Source: Candidatus Bipolaricaulota bacterium
Lineage (GTDB): Bacteria > Bipolaricaulota > Bipolaricaulia > UBA7950 > UBA9294
DNA length: 64,000 nt
Direction: 5' to 3'
NCBI GenBank assembly: GCA_018817505.1
Contig: JAHITR010000028.1
Span: 13,736-77,735 of the forward strand
The notes under the pieces were generated by a model. The model was not told where the DNA came from. It saw nothing but the letters and a program-made list of their open reading frames with translations, and did not search any database. A program made the translations under genes and the position numbers. Numbering within the stretch: the first letter of the stretch is position 1; every line of letters starts with the position of its first letter. Shown here in pieces: positions 9,588 through 19,880 of the stretch.

Positions 9588-11063
9588 TCATTCCCCGCTG
9601 ACCGGGTAATAGCTTGCATAGGCCTTGTGAAACATGATGTCGATGTTCCCGACTGGCCCGTTTCTTTGCTTGGCAATAATCAATTCAGTCTGTGCCGACG
9701 CATCGCTGGGTGCGCCTGCTCCACCTTCGTCCTGCTGACGATGGTAATCCTCGCGATAAATGAACATGACGATGTCCGCGTCCTGCTCAATGGCTCCCGA
9801 TTCACGCAGATCTGCCAAGCGCGGCCGTTTCTCTGTCCGGCCTTCCACCCCACGGTTTAACTGTGAAGCCGCAATAACACAGATATTCAACTCGCGTGCC
9901 AATTTCTTGAGAGAACGTGAGATGTAGGCAACTTCCTGCTCGCGACTATCCGTGCGAACCCCGCCTTCCACCAGCTGTAGATAGTCCAGCATGAGTACGT
10001 CCAACCCGTGCTGGGCAGCCATGCGGCGTGCGCGAGCACGGATTTCGAGGATGGAAACGCCGGGAGTATCGTCTACGATGAATTTTGCCTTTTGCAGCTT
10101 GCTGGCCGCAGATGCCAGGTCACGCCACTTTTCTCCGGGAACGAATCCACCACGCAGATGATGAAGATTGACCTTGCCTTCGCCGCACAGCAGACGCTCC
10201 AGCAAGTGCTCTTTCTTCATTTCAAGAGAGAACATACCAATCGTGGCGTTGTCGCGTATGCTCATATGCCTTGCCATCGCCAGCAGAAGACTCGTCTTCC
10301 CCGTCCCCGGCCGCCCGGCGATGATCACCAAGTCAGATCGCTGCATGCCGGCAGTCATTCCATCCAGCTCGGGGAATCCCGTCGCATATCCGGTGATCGT
10401 ATGACGGCCGGGATCTCGATGCAGTTTCTCCAGCGTGTCGATATGCTCGTAAAGAAAATCGCTAATGAGGTAATACGAACTGCCTGTGTCGCGACTGGAA
10501 ACATCGAAGATGAGCTGCTCCGCCTTGTCCAAAATTTCTGCGGTCTCGCTGGTTTCATCGAATCCCAGCTCGGAGATGCGCCCGCCAGACTCAATGAGCG
10601 AACGCAACGTCGCCTTTCTCCTGACGATATCAGCGTAGTATTCGAGGCTTGCCGTGGTTGTGGTGCGATCGAGCAATTCGTTGAGATACATGCGCCCGCC
10701 CGCGCGCTCCATGTCGTCATTCTCTTCCAATCGATTGGCGAGAATAACGATGTCTGCGGGTTCGCCTCGATCAAACAACTCTCGGATTGTGCGAAAAATA
10801 ACACGGTGACGGCGTTCATAGAAGTGTTCAGGAACCAGCCTCTCCACGAGAATGGGGAGCGTACTATTCGGTTCCAGAATGGCAGAGCCAAGCACGACTT
10901 GTTCCGCTTCTATATTTTTCGGAAGCTCTCGCACCTCCGTGCGATCGACTCGTGTTGCATCCACGTGCTTCACCGCCTCAAATGTGGCATCATTATCACT
11001 CGTTGCACGGGCGACGAACAAGTGAAACCGAAGCAATTGTGAATCCGGTGTTCCCCAATGCAC
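9588..11063 (-). CDS. dnaB: replicative DNA helicase
   Basis: N-terminal PKNIEAEQVVLGSAIL motif and a RecA-like C-terminal domain with Walker A GRPGTGKTS. The exact start is uncertain (possibly an internal GTG). Confidence 0.9.
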   Translation of the reverse strand: MHWGTPDSQLLRFHLFVARATSDNDATFEAVKHVDATRVDRTEVRELPKNIEAEQVVLGSAILEPNSTLPILVERLVPEHFYERRHRVIFRTIRELFDRGEPADIVILANRLEENDDMERAGGRMYLNELLDRTTTTASLEYYADIVRRKATLRSLIESGGRISELGFDETSETAEILDKAEQLIFDVSSRDTGSSYYLISDFLYEHIDTLEKLHRDPGRHTITGYATGFPELDGMTAGMQRSDLVIIAGRPGTGKTSLLLAMARHMSIRDNATIGMFSLEMKKEHLLERLLCGEGKVNLHHLRGGFVPGEKWRDLASAASKLQKAKFIVDDTPGVSILEIRARARRMAAQHGLDVLMLDYLQLVEGGVRTDSREQEVAYISRSLKKLARELNICVIAASQLNRGVEGRTEKRPRLADLRESGAIEQDADIVMFIYREDYHRQQDEGGAGAPSDASAQTELIIAKQRNGPVGNIDIMFHKAYASYYPVSGE

Positions 11064-11131
11064 GTATTGCGGAAATACTGGGCTTTAGCTATACTTCGCC
11101 ATTATGATTCAGGACAGTTTGGGAGGGTAAT

Positions 11132-11992
11132 GTGGACGTCCTTACGATGAAAGAGCTGCTCGAAACCGGAGTGCATTTCGGGCATCGAACAAGAAAATGG
11201 AACCCCAAGATGGCGCGTTACATCTTCACAGAGCGCAAGGGTATTCACATCATCGATCTAGAACAAACGGTCGATTTGTTTAGAAAAGCCTACTACTCTG
11301 TGCGTGACTGCGTGGCCGCAGGGGGAGAAGTCGTGTTCGTCGGAACAAAGAAACAAGTTCAGGCAACGATTTCTGAAGAAGCCGTGCGTTGCGGAGCACA
11401 CTACGTCAACGAACGGTGGCTTGGCGGCACACTCACCAATTTCGCAACCATCAAGCTGAGTATCGAGCGAATGAAGAAGATGGAAGCCATGATTGAAGAT
11501 GGCTCCATTGAATTCATGCCGAACAAGGAAGCAAGCGCTATGCGTCGACGTTTGTCCAAGCTACAGCGCAACCTCGATGGATTGCGACACATGGAGAAGA
11601 AGCCCAGCCTGATGTACGTGATTGATCCGGATTCCGAGACCATCGCTGTGCACGAAGCCAATTTGGCCGGTGTTCCGGTGATCGCTATTGTCGATACCAA
11701 TTGCGACCCGGATCCCATCGATTTTCTCATTCCCGGAAACGATGATGCCATCAAAGCTACCAAGTTAATCACTTCTCGCATCGCTGATGCAATCATTGAA
11801 GGACGCGAAGGTCGACAGGGCGATGACGCGGGTTCTGCCAAAGCTGAGGTAGCCCAACCCGATGACGCTGAAGAAGCGATCGCCGAGCCAATTGAAGACG
11901 CGACCGATGCACGTGCTGTCGAAGCAGAAACCGTAGTTGAAGTGGCTTCTGAGGTCGAAGAGGACGAAGAAGAGGAAACGGATGACGATTAA
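11132..11992 (+). CDS. rpsB: 30S ribosomal protein S2 with an acidic C-terminal tail
   Basis: [22 protein letters not shown] motif. GGAGGG RBS at 11122-11127. The start could instead be the ATG at 11147. C-terminal [13 protein letters not shown] tail. Confidence 0.93.
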   Translation: MDVLTMKELLETGVHFGHRTRKWNPKMARYIFTERKGIHIIDLEQTVDLFRKAYYSVRDCVAAGGEVVFVGTKKQVQATISEEAVRCGAHYVNERWLGGTLTNFATIKLSIERMKKMEAMIEDGSIEFMPNKEASAMRRRLSKLQRNLDGLRHMEKKPSLMYVIDPDSETIAVHEANLAGVPVIAIVDTNCDPDPIDFLIPGNDDAIKATKLITSRIADAIIEGREGRQGDDAGSAKAEVAQPDDAEEAIAEPIEDATDARAVEAETVVEVASEVEEDEEEETDDD

Positions 11993-12584
11993 GATCGAAG
12001 ATATCAAGCGACTCCGTGAAGAGACCGGTATCGGCATGATGGACTGCAAGAAGGCCCTTACCGAAGCCAACGGCGATATCGAGCGGGCCAAAGAGATTCT
12101 GCGCGCGCAGGGTCTTGAGTTGATGGAGCAGATCGGCCGAGAAGCCCATGAGGGGCGCATCGTGTCCTACGTGCACCACACAGGCAAGGTGGGCGTGCTC
12201 CTTGAAATGGCGTGCAATACCGACTTCGCGGCCAAAGCCGCGGAATTCGTTCAGCTGGCCAATAACATCGCCATGCATATCGCCAGTGAAGCACCGCTTT
12301 ACGTGGCGCCTGACAGCGTTCCTGAGGAAGACATCGCGGCCAAGAAGGCGGACATGCGCAAGCAGCTCGAAGAGCAGGGCAAGCCCGCAGAGATCATCGA
12401 GAAGGCCGTCGAGGGAAGCATTGCCCGTTTCTTGAAGGATTCCTGTTTAATCAAGCAGCAGTTTGTCAAGAATCCAGAAGTCACAATCGAAGACATGCTT
12501 GCCGACCTGCGGACGAAGACCGGCGAGAATATTTACGTCGCGAAGTTCGTACGATTCTTCATTGGGAATGAAGAAGAGGCCTAG
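11982..12584 (+). CDS. tsf: elongation factor Ts
   Basis: [39 protein letters not shown]-like N-terminus; overlaps the end of rpsB. Confidence 0.9.
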   Translation: MTIKIEDIKRLREETGIGMMDCKKALTEANGDIERAKEILRAQGLELMEQIGREAHEGRIVSYVHHTGKVGVLLEMACNTDFAAKAAEFVQLANNIAMHIASEAPLYVAPDSVPEEDIAAKKADMRKQLEEQGKPAEIIEKAVEGSIARFLKDSCLIKQQFVKNPEVTIEDMLADLRTKTGENIYVAKFVRFFIGNEEEA

Positions 12585-12590
12585 GAGACG

Positions 12591-13280
12591 ATGGTCGAGA
12601 AGCCGAAGAGAATTCTACTCAAACTGAGCGGAGAAGCATTGAAGGGAGAGAACAGTCCGTTCTCTCCCTTTTCTCTGCAACGTATCTGCGCAGCCATCGC
12701 CTCGGTGCCCGTCGAATGGGCTATCGTCGTCGGAGCGGGCAACTTGATTCGAGGCGCCCGAAGTCCGTGGCTTGATCGCGTGGAAGCCGACACCATGGGA
12801 ATGCTCGCCACAGTGCTCAATGCGCTGGCTGTCCAATCCTGCCTCGTCAGTTTGGGAAAGAATGTGCTCATCCAATCGGCAGTAGATACCCAGCTGACTC
12901 GGCCGGTTTCTCCACGTCACGCTCAGGCAGCACTTGCGGCAGGAACGATCGTCATCTTTGCAGGTGGAACAGGGAGCCCGCTAGTCACGACAGACACGGC
13001 AGCAGCCATTCGTGCCGTTTCCATCGAAGCCGACCTGCTCATCAAGGGATCCAATGTGAACGGCGTTTACGACGGCGATCCTTCCAAGGATCGTTCTGCC
13101 CGTCTTATTGAGGAATTGAGCTACGATGACTTCTTGGCCCAGCGATACGGCGTGATGGATCAAGTGGCCGTTGAGATCTGCCGCGAGCACGGGATGCCAA
13201 TCGAGGTGTTCAATCTTGAACAGCCTGACGCATTGGCGTCCATCGCCAGCGGCACAAAGGTCGGAACGCGAATCCGATAG
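12591..13280 (+). CDS. pyrH: uridylate (UMP) kinase
   Basis: ILLKLSGEAL ... VVGAGNLIRGA amino-acid-kinase family motifs; 229 aa. Confidence 0.93.
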   Translation: MVEKPKRILLKLSGEALKGENSPFSPFSLQRICAAIASVPVEWAIVVGAGNLIRGARSPWLDRVEADTMGMLATVLNALAVQSCLVSLGKNVLIQSAVDTQLTRPVSPRHAQAALAAGTIVIFAGGTGSPLVTTDTAAAIRAVSIEADLLIKGSNVNGVYDGDPSKDRSARLIEELSYDDFLAQRYGVMDQVAVEICREHGMPIEVFNLEQPDALASIASGTKVGTRIR

Positions 13281-13315
13281 CGCTCGTCGATTGAGTCCCA
13301 GCCTCTGATCGCTGC

Positions 13316-15595
13316 CTATACGCGAATCCAGCGAATCATCTCGCCAAATCGTTGCTCAATCAAATCCGTCAACTCGGGTGAGATCCCCTGTGCATAGGCG
13401 GCCTTGGCCGCCTCACGGGCTCTGCGCATCAGATCGAGATCCCGCATCAAATCCACCGCTCGAAGCAGAGTGAAATACCCGTGTTGCTGCGTACCCACCA
13501 AGTCTCCTGGTCCTCGAATGCGCAAATCCTCCTCGGCAATGGCGAATCCATCCAAGTGCTCCTGGAACGCGGCAAGCCGTTCTTTCCCCTCTTCTGTCCC
13601 AGCATCAGCCAGTGCAAAGCACCAGGATGGCTGTCCCGCACGTCCGATGCGCCCTCGCAACTGATGAAGCTGAGACAACCCGAACCGATCCGCATCCTCA
13701 ATCACCATGAAGTCCGCATCCTGAACATCAATGCCCACCTCGATCACGGTCGTGGCCACAAGCAGTTGTGTCTCCCCGTCACGAAACGCTTCCATGGCTT
13801 TGGCCTTTTCTGCGGAAGCCAGGCGCCCATGGATCAGCCCCACACCGTGCACGGGAAAGCGATGCGTCAATTCGTTTGCCACCTGGATGGCCGCATTGGC
13901 CTCAACCTTCTCCGATTCTTCGACCAATGGGAGGACAACATAGCCCTTGCGCCCCTCGTCAAGCATTCGCCCGATTTTCTCGTACAACGCGTCCCGTTTA
14001 GACGCTTCGATCCACTGTGTCTCAATCGATCGCGGTCCCATCGGCATCTCATCCAGCACCGACGTGTCGAACTCGCCATACAACGTCAGGGTGATCGTGC
14101 GTGGAATGGGCGTTGCACTCATCACCAATAGATCCACACGATCCCCCTTTTCTTCGATCGCCGACCGCTGGACAACGCCGAAGCGATGTTGCTCATCGAT
14201 GATGACCAAGCCCAAATCCTTGAACGATACCGACTCTTGTATCAAGGCATGGGTCCCAACCAGCAGATCAACATCCCCATTCGCAATGCGCTCGTTGATC
14301 GTTGTCTTCCCCGCTGTGTTGCCTGTCAGGATCTGAACAGCAACCGGCAGCCCGCTCAACATGCGCTCAAAAGTGAGGGCATGCTGCTCTGCCAGGATTT
14401 CTGTCGGCGCCATGTAGGCAACCTGACATCCGCTGTCAATCACCGCGATTGCTGCCGCCAATGCGACCAGCGTCTTTCCTGATCCGACGTCTCCCTGGAG
14501 GAGCCTCATCATGCGAACCGGTTTGGACAGATCAGAGAGAATCTCATCGATAGCACCGCGCTGTGCGGCTGTCAAGGTAAAGCGCAGCCCGGCAAAGAAT
14601 GATTCCAGCAGACCGTTGTTCGCTGCATGGGTGCGGCCTACCTCAGATCGCGACGATCGCAGCAATCCCAGCTGCAACAAGAAGAATTCTTCAAAAGCTA
14701 GGGAACGTCGTGCGCGCTCGAATGCTGCCGGGTTTTGCGGACGATGAATGGTCTCCACAGCTTCACGCCGAGACATCAATCGAAACTGTGATCGCATGTC
14801 AGTTGACAAGGATTCGCGAACGCCTGGCAGGCAGCGATCCAGGTTCTTGTGAATCAGGGATCGAATGGACTTGACCGTAATCCCTTCAGTGGCTGGGTAC
14901 ACGGGAACCCAGCGACCTATCTCAACCCCCATCCCCTCAGGTTCCCAGATTGGGGACTTCATCTGCAATTCCCCATAGCTTCGCTCGACGTGCCCGAAAA
15001 CGTCAATCATCATCCCTCGCTTGATTTGGTCCGCCACCCATGGCTGATTGAACCACACCGCAGACAGGAAGCCTGTCCCATCTGCGATCGAGGCCTTCAC
15101 AAGGGTCATCCCGCGATTCATTCTCACCTTCTGAATCGCATGGACGGCTCCTCGTACTGAGACGTCCATGCCGTCCTTCAGCAATCCAATTCGTGTCACC
15201 TGAGTTCGGTCCTCCAATCGATGGGGGAAGAACATCAACAGGTCCTCCATCGTGTTCAGTCCGAGTTTGGCTAGGAGAGTTGCGCGTTTGGATCCAATGC
15301 CATGGGCCCTGCTAATCGGTTCAGTCAAATCAGGTTCATGGGGTAGCGAACTGGCTTGAGAAGCAGCTCGAACATCGTCACTGCTCAAGGAGCGGATGAG
15401 ATCATCGATCATGGATTGACGTGCCGCCGGAGTCGCTGCCGCGTACCCTTCGATCCATTGGATTGAGGCGGGATGCTGAAGTCGGACGAATGCCTCCAAA
15501 CCGCACGTCGCAGCTCGGTCGTCGTAGCCGGTCGCACGTTCCAGATCAAGCACTTTCCGAATGCGAATCTGCCAATCACTGTTCTCTTGTGGCAT
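13316..15595 (-). CDS. recG: ATP-dependent DNA helicase RecG
   Basis: Superfamily-2 helicase motifs (GDVGSGKT, VIIDEQHRFGV, QLRGRIGRAGQ) plus an N-terminal wedge region. The start is probably the ATG at 15593-15595 (MPQENSDW) rather than the tool start at 15634. Confidence 0.9.
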   Translation of the reverse strand: MPQENSDWQIRIRKVLDLERATGYDDRAATCGLEAFVRLQHPASIQWIEGYAAATPAARQSMIDDLIRSLSSDDVRAASQASSLPHEPDLTEPISRAHGIGSKRATLLAKLGLNTMEDLLMFFPHRLEDRTQVTRIGLLKDGMDVSVRGAVHAIQKVRMNRGMTLVKASIADGTGFLSAVWFNQPWVADQIKRGMMIDVFGHVERSYGELQMKSPIWEPEGMGVEIGRWVPVYPATEGITVKSIRSLIHKNLDRCLPGVRESLSTDMRSQFRLMSRREAVETIHRPQNPAAFERARRSLAFEEFFLLQLGLLRSSRSEVGRTHAANNGLLESFFAGLRFTLTAAQRGAIDEILSDLSKPVRMMRLLQGDVGSGKTLVALAAAIAVIDSGCQVAYMAPTEILAEQHALTFERMLSGLPVAVQILTGNTAGKTTINERIANGDVDLLVGTHALIQESVSFKDLGLVIIDEQHRFGVVQRSAIEEKGDRVDLLVMSATPIPRTITLTLYGEFDTSVLDEMPMGPRSIETQWIEASKRDALYEKIGRMLDEGRKGYVVLPLVEESEKVEANAAIQVANELTHRFPVHGVGLIHGRLASAEKAKAMEAFRDGETQLLVATTVIEVGIDVQDADFMVIEDADRFGLSQLHQLRGRIGRAGQPSWCFALADAGTEEGKERLAAFQEHLDGFAIAEEDLRIRGPGDLVGTQQHGYFTLLRAVDLMRDLDLMRRAREAAKAAYAQGISPELTDLIEQRFGEMIRWIRV

Positions 15596-15615
15596 CCCGA
15601 AGGCTACTTTATAAT
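15587..15615 (+). promoter_or_regulatory. candidate sigma70-like promoter TTGTGG-17-TATAAT for def-fmt, overlapping the recG start codon
   Basis: ttgtgg at 15587-15592 and tataat at 15610-15615. The def ATG at 15644 follows an AGAGGGG RBS. Confidence 0.4.
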
Positions 15616-15643
15616 GCCGGCATCTCGCATGCAAGAGGGGATC

Positions 15644-16135
15644 ATGGAACTTCGTACGTATGGAGACGCGGCCCTTCGCCGAAAGACGGAGCCCATTGGC
15701 GTCATCAATGATGAGGTCCGCGAGCTCTGCAAGCTCATGATTGAGGTCATGATTCGGGAGAACGGGGTTGGATTGGCGGCCCCCCAGATCGGCATTTCTA
15801 AACGCATATTTGTCCTGGATGCAAATGAAGAGCTTTATGTATTCATCAATCCGGAACTCGTCGAACTGTCAGAAGAAACCGAGGAGTCAAGAGAGGGCTG
15901 TCTGAGTGTGCCCGGCGTGGACGCCTCGGTCGCGCGATCCTCGCGAGCCGTCGTCGAGGGACTCAACGTGAGTGGAGAGCGAATCCGGCTGGAAGGAGAA
16001 GGCATGATTGCTCGAGCGATCCAACATGAAATGGATCACCTCAACGGCAATCTGTATTTCGATCACATCTCGACTGCGAGAAGGCAGAGCCTGATAAAGG
16101 AGTTCCAGCGAAAGCAACGCGAGGAGGACGAGTGA
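15644..16135 (+). CDS. def: peptide deformylase
   Basis: GVGLAAPQIG, EGCLSVPG and HEMDHLNG motifs (the three PDF signature motifs). Confidence 0.92.
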   Translation: MELRTYGDAALRRKTEPIGVINDEVRELCKLMIEVMIRENGVGLAAPQIGISKRIFVLDANEELYVFINPELVELSEETEESREGCLSVPGVDASVARSSRAVVEGLNVSGERIRLEGEGMIARAIQHEMDHLNGNLYFDHISTARRQSLIKEFQRKQREEDE

Positions 16136-17055
16136 ATCTCGCGTTTTTCGGCACCTCCACATTCGCCTGCCCGGCACTTCAATCACTAGATGATGCCTAC
16201 GGCATTCAGATGGTTGTGACGCAACCCGATCGTCCATCTGGCCGCCACGCGAAACCACAGCCCTCCGCCGTCAAGCAGATCGCACTCGAACGAGGACTGC
16301 CCCTGATGCAGCCAACGAACATCAATGATCCCGAGCCAATCGAGACGATGCAGGCTCTGTCTCTCGATGCCATTGTGGTCGCATCCTATGGACAGTTGCT
16401 GAAACCCGCTGTCTTCAATCTTCCAAGGCTAGGAACGATCAATATCCATGCCTCCCTCTTGCCAGCCTATCGAGGCGCAGCCCCTGTTCAGTGGGCCATC
16501 ATTCACGGCGAGAAGCGTACGGGCGTCGCCACGTTCTTCATCGAGAAAGGGCTAGACACGGGGGATGTTCTCATGATGGAGTCCCTTGATGTCGGCGTTG
16601 ATGAAACGTCCATCGACTTGGAAGCTCGCTTGGCGATGCTAAGCGCTGATGTCATTGTCAGAACCTTGCAGGGCTTGGAGAGGGGGACGCTACGTGCCAC
16701 GCCCCAACCCACGCAGGGCGTCTCGTTGGCCCCCAGTCTGTCGCGTGAGGACGGGCATATCAACTGGCATCAGTCCGCAGAGCGAATCCACAACCTCGTT
16801 CGAGGCACGCAACCTTGGCCTGGCGCGTGGACAACGATTGATCAATACCGCGTCAAGATTCAGCGCACGCAGGTGACCAACATCGCTTCCGGCGCTCTCC
16901 AACCTGGAGAGATCGGTCCTCCAGGGACAAATCGCCTACTAGTCGCTACTACGGACCAGCTGCTGGAGATCCTCCAACTGCAGCGTGAAGGCAAAACGAG
17001 CGTTCACGGTTGCGATTTCCTGCACAGCCTCCATTCGCCTGCGTTCTTCATCTAG
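16132..17055 (+). CDS. fmt: methionyl-tRNA formyltransferase
   Basis: N-terminal formyltransferase fold (FFGTSTFA ... INIHASLLPAYRGAAPVQWAII) and a C-terminal domain; 4-nt overlap with def. Confidence 0.93.
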   Translation: MNLAFFGTSTFACPALQSLDDAYGIQMVVTQPDRPSGRHAKPQPSAVKQIALERGLPLMQPTNINDPEPIETMQALSLDAIVVASYGQLLKPAVFNLPRLGTINIHASLLPAYRGAAPVQWAIIHGEKRTGVATFFIEKGLDTGDVLMMESLDVGVDETSIDLEARLAMLSADVIVRTLQGLERGTLRATPQPTQGVSLAPSLSREDGHINWHQSAERIHNLVRGTQPWPGAWTTIDQYRVKIQRTQVTNIASGALQPGEIGPPGTNRLLVATTDQLLEILQLQREGKTSVHGCDFLHSLHSPAFFI

Positions 17056-17062
17056 CAATCGC

Positions 17063-17515
17063 TCACCTGGGACGCGGAAACAGCCCCACAAGTCCGTTCG
17101 CTTCGAGTCGACGTTCCATGGCAATGCCCACCAAAGGTAGCAAGCCCATTTCCAGCGTGTTGTGGACAGTCGCCGAAATCAAGTGCCCGCCACAAACGAG
17201 TCCATCCTGCTGAGAGAGGCAGAGATGGACATGGGCAATTCGCCTCCCCTGTGCATCGACCGCTACATTCCCTTGAAGAGACACAAGCTCAGCTGGACCC
17301 GGGTAGGCGTGGACCTCATACTCACTCCCGTTCCAGAATCCCAGTTCGACATCTTTGAGCATGCCGATGCCCATCAGGATCAACGCGGCGTCGCTTTCCA
17401 ACGCCCGCAACGCATCCACAAGCACTTCGCCATCCTGGAGCCTGACCACCCACTGACCTGCGTTCTTGGCTTCGATCATAGTGATTGGATGGTATCGACC
17501 GATGAAGCGGCACAC
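17063..17515 (-). CDS. PPC-domain (DUF296) protein
   Basis: The pattern VVRLQDGEVLVDALRAL...ILMGIGMLKDVELGF...HVHLCLSQQDGLVCGGHL matches the PPC/DUF296 fold from memory. The start may be the internal M at 17479. Confidence 0.55.
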   Translation of the reverse strand: MCRFIGRYHPITMIEAKNAGQWVVRLQDGEVLVDALRALESDAALILMGIGMLKDVELGFWNGSEYEVHAYPGPAELVSLQGNVAVDAQGRRIAHVHLCLSQQDGLVCGGHLISATVHNTLEMGLLPLVGIAMERRLEANGLVGLFPRPR

Positions 17516-17556
17516 CAGTTGTTCTCAGCGTCCATGGCATCTATCCTCGCATCAAG

Positions 17557-18267
17557 ATGAATGATGCCGCGAAGATGATGTGGATTGCCAACAAGCTGAT
17601 CGAACGATTTGGAGCTCCTCTGGTTCAGATGCGTGATCCAGTGGAGAATCTTGTTCTCACCATCCTTTCTCAGAACACCAATGACATCAATCGAGATCGA
17701 GCGTTCGCATCCCTGATGGCCGCATTCGAAACGCTCGATCGGATTCAACTCGCACCACAGGATGCGGTTGCTCGGGCCATCCAAGTAGGAGGCATGCAGC
17801 ACCAGAAAGCGCGCTCGATTCGAGAGGCTCTGGAACGGATCACCAGCCATCGTGGCCATCTTGATCTCTCGTTCCTCGATGCTCTCTCCCTCTCGGAGGC
17901 CGTGAAATGGCTGACAGCGATTCCTGGTGTTGGACCCAAGACCGCAGGTATTGTTCTTCTGTTTTCGTTTGCGCGTCCCTACTTTCCTGCCGACACCCAC
18001 ATTCGGCGGATCATGAGCCGTATGGGACTCATCCCTGAGCGCGGCGATCCGCATCCGCGACTGAACGAACTTCTGCCTGCGGAACCCGTCCTCATGCAAC
18101 GTCTTCACTTGCTCGCCATTCGGCTAGGACGTGAGGTATGTCATCCCAGAGATCCCCAATGCAAGCCATGTCCGCTTCGAGATGAGTGCCTTTGGAATGC
18201 TTCTCATGGCTCAACAGGCAAAGATGAGGTAACGTCTCCGATCGAAAGAGGAGGCAGCCACTCATGA
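17557..18267 (+). CDS. endonuclease III-like HhH-GPD DNA glycosylase with a 4Fe-4S cluster loop
   Basis: HhH motif IPGVGPKTAGIVLLF and a C-terminal CHPRDPQCKPCPLRDEC (C-x6-C-x2-C-x5-C). Confidence 0.8.
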   Translation: MNDAAKMMWIANKLIERFGAPLVQMRDPVENLVLTILSQNTNDINRDRAFASLMAAFETLDRIQLAPQDAVARAIQVGGMQHQKARSIREALERITSHRGHLDLSFLDALSLSEAVKWLTAIPGVGPKTAGIVLLFSFARPYFPADTHIRRIMSRMGLIPERGDPHPRLNELLPAEPVLMQRLHLLAIRLGREVCHPRDPQCKPCPLRDECLWNASHGSTGKDEVTSPIERGGSHS

Positions 18268-18749
18268 ACCAGTCGACCCGCCTAGCCGCCCAGCTGGCAG
18301 AACAAGGCCTCTCGCTGGCTACTGCCGAATCCTGCACTGGCGGAGGGCTTTCGCACCTTCTGACGTCGATTCCTGGGGCCTCGGCATTCTTTGTGGGCGG
18401 CATCATCGCCTATCAGAACGACATTAAGGAAAGATTTCTCGGAGTGCCTAAACAGGTGCTGCAAGATTACGGCGCAGTCAGTTCGCAGACAGCCTTGGCC
18501 ATGGCTGACGGCTGCAGAAGTCGCTTTGGAACGGACATTGCAGTTAGCATTACCGGAATCGCCGGCCCCGGCGGAGGATCCGCTGAGAAGCCAATAGGTC
18601 TCGTCTATATCGCCGTAGCCGTGAATCAGGGCACACGCGCCACCGAATTCTTCTTCTCTGGGCAGCGCGAGCAGATCCGGAATGCAGCCATTTCCGCCGC
18701 GCTCGACCTCATTCTTGAGGCCCTCAATGAGAGACGAAGGCCCTATTGA
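18264..18749 (+). CDS. CinA C-terminal domain / nicotinamide-nucleotide amidohydrolase PncC-like protein
   Basis: LATAESCTGGGLSHLLTSIPGASAFFVGGIIAYQNDIK motif of the CinA-C family; 4-nt overlap with the upstream gene. Confidence 0.85.
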   Translation: MNQSTRLAAQLAEQGLSLATAESCTGGGLSHLLTSIPGASAFFVGGIIAYQNDIKERFLGVPKQVLQDYGAVSSQTALAMADGCRSRFGTDIAVSITGIAGPGGGSAEKPIGLVYIAVAVNQGTRATEFFFSGQREQIRNAAISAALDLILEALNERRRPY

Positions 18750-18792
18750 CACCTAATATGTCCCCTACGCAAGACACGACGGCTGTGATAGC

Positions 18793-19845
18793 ATGGCATC
18801 TATGAACATCCTACGAAACGGGTGGAAGATTCTCCTCTCGATTGCCATTGGATTGGCCATCCTGATGACGGTCATGTATTTCGTCGGATGGCAAAACATG
18901 TTCGCCGAGATGGTCGCTCTGGGAACCCTAGGCATTGTCAGCGTTCTTGGCAACGTTGTTCTCTCGATGACCTTCTGGATCCTCTGTTGGTGGGTCATTC
19001 TTCGTTCTTACGGCATTTCCCTTCCTTTGCGAAGCATTATCGGTGCGCGTCTTGCTGGCTACGCAGTGAGCTACCTTACGCCGACCTTGTACTTCGGCGG
19101 AGAACCCGTCCGGGCGATACTCGTGGTTGGCAAGTCGGACGCGCCTACAACGCGCATCTTTGCCACCATTGTCGTGGAGCGATTCCTTGGCGGGCTGAGC
19201 ATGATCGTCTTCATTCTGATGGGCAGCTTCTACGCACTGTCATCCGCCGAAATCCCTTGGGAGCAACGAAGGCTACTGGCACTCGTCATTGGCTTTGTCA
19301 CGTTCTGGATTCTTGTAGGGTTAATCGATTTCGCAGGAAATCTGAAGTGGATTAGTCGCACGATTCGCATGCTCGGTAGGCCATTTGCTCGATGGAAGAA
19401 CGCATTGGAGAGAGCGGCCAACAAGGTTTCGGAAACAGAAGACGAAGTCCATTTTGCCTTCACGAAGCACTGGAAGGGGACGTTGGTCGCATTCTTGTTA
19501 CAGACCGTAGCCACGTTCTTTGTCTACACGCGACCTCAGTTCTTCTTTCTCTTCTCGGCTGGATTGCATTTCACCGTACCTCAGCTATCGCTGATTTTTT
19601 CGTTCACGATCGTGCTGTCCTTCTTCTTGTGGATCACGCCTGGTGGATTGGGGACCGCAGAGGCGGCCTTGGTCGCCGTCTTTGCTCTCATCGTCCCTGC
19701 GGCCACGAGCGCTGGGGTTGTGGCTTACTCGTTGACCTTCAAGTTGGCTGAATCCATCTTCGTCGCCATGGGCATGGTCTATGTGACCAAACGGGGGATT
19801 CAGTACATGCGAAGCCGAGCAGATGCCGACGATTCAGCGAACTAG
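18793..19845 (+). CDS. polytopic membrane protein, UPF0104 / lysylphosphatidylglycerol-synthase-TM-like (flippase-like) family
   Basis: 350 aa with about 8 hydrophobic helices. The N-terminal pattern KILLSIAIGLAILMTVMYFVGW resembles that family. Family assignment is from memory. Confidence 0.5.
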   Translation: MASMNILRNGWKILLSIAIGLAILMTVMYFVGWQNMFAEMVALGTLGIVSVLGNVVLSMTFWILCWWVILRSYGISLPLRSIIGARLAGYAVSYLTPTLYFGGEPVRAILVVGKSDAPTTRIFATIVVERFLGGLSMIVFILMGSFYALSSAEIPWEQRRLLALVIGFVTFWILVGLIDFAGNLKWISRTIRMLGRPFARWKNALERAANKVSETEDEVHFAFTKHWKGTLVAFLLQTVATFFVYTRPQFFFLFSAGLHFTVPQLSLIFSFTIVLSFFLWITPGGLGTAEAALVAVFALIVPAATSAGVVAYSLTFKLAESIFVAMGMVYVTKRGIQYMRSRADADDSAN

Positions 19846-19880
19846 AGCGCTCGCGAAGAGGCGGATTGATCCGCCACCAG

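Noticed and set aside
10008-11042. 344-aa ORF antisense to dnaB. Similar long antisense ORFs occur opposite recG (13481-14131), arcC (30042-31148), glmM (5476-6189), the BMP gene (47416-48036), the M32 peptidase (50618-51424) and the Nif3-like gene (52552-53271).
   Set aside because: Each sits opposite a gene with strong family motifs, is low-complexity and Arg/Ser/Pro-rich, and is the expected GC-rich antisense artefact.
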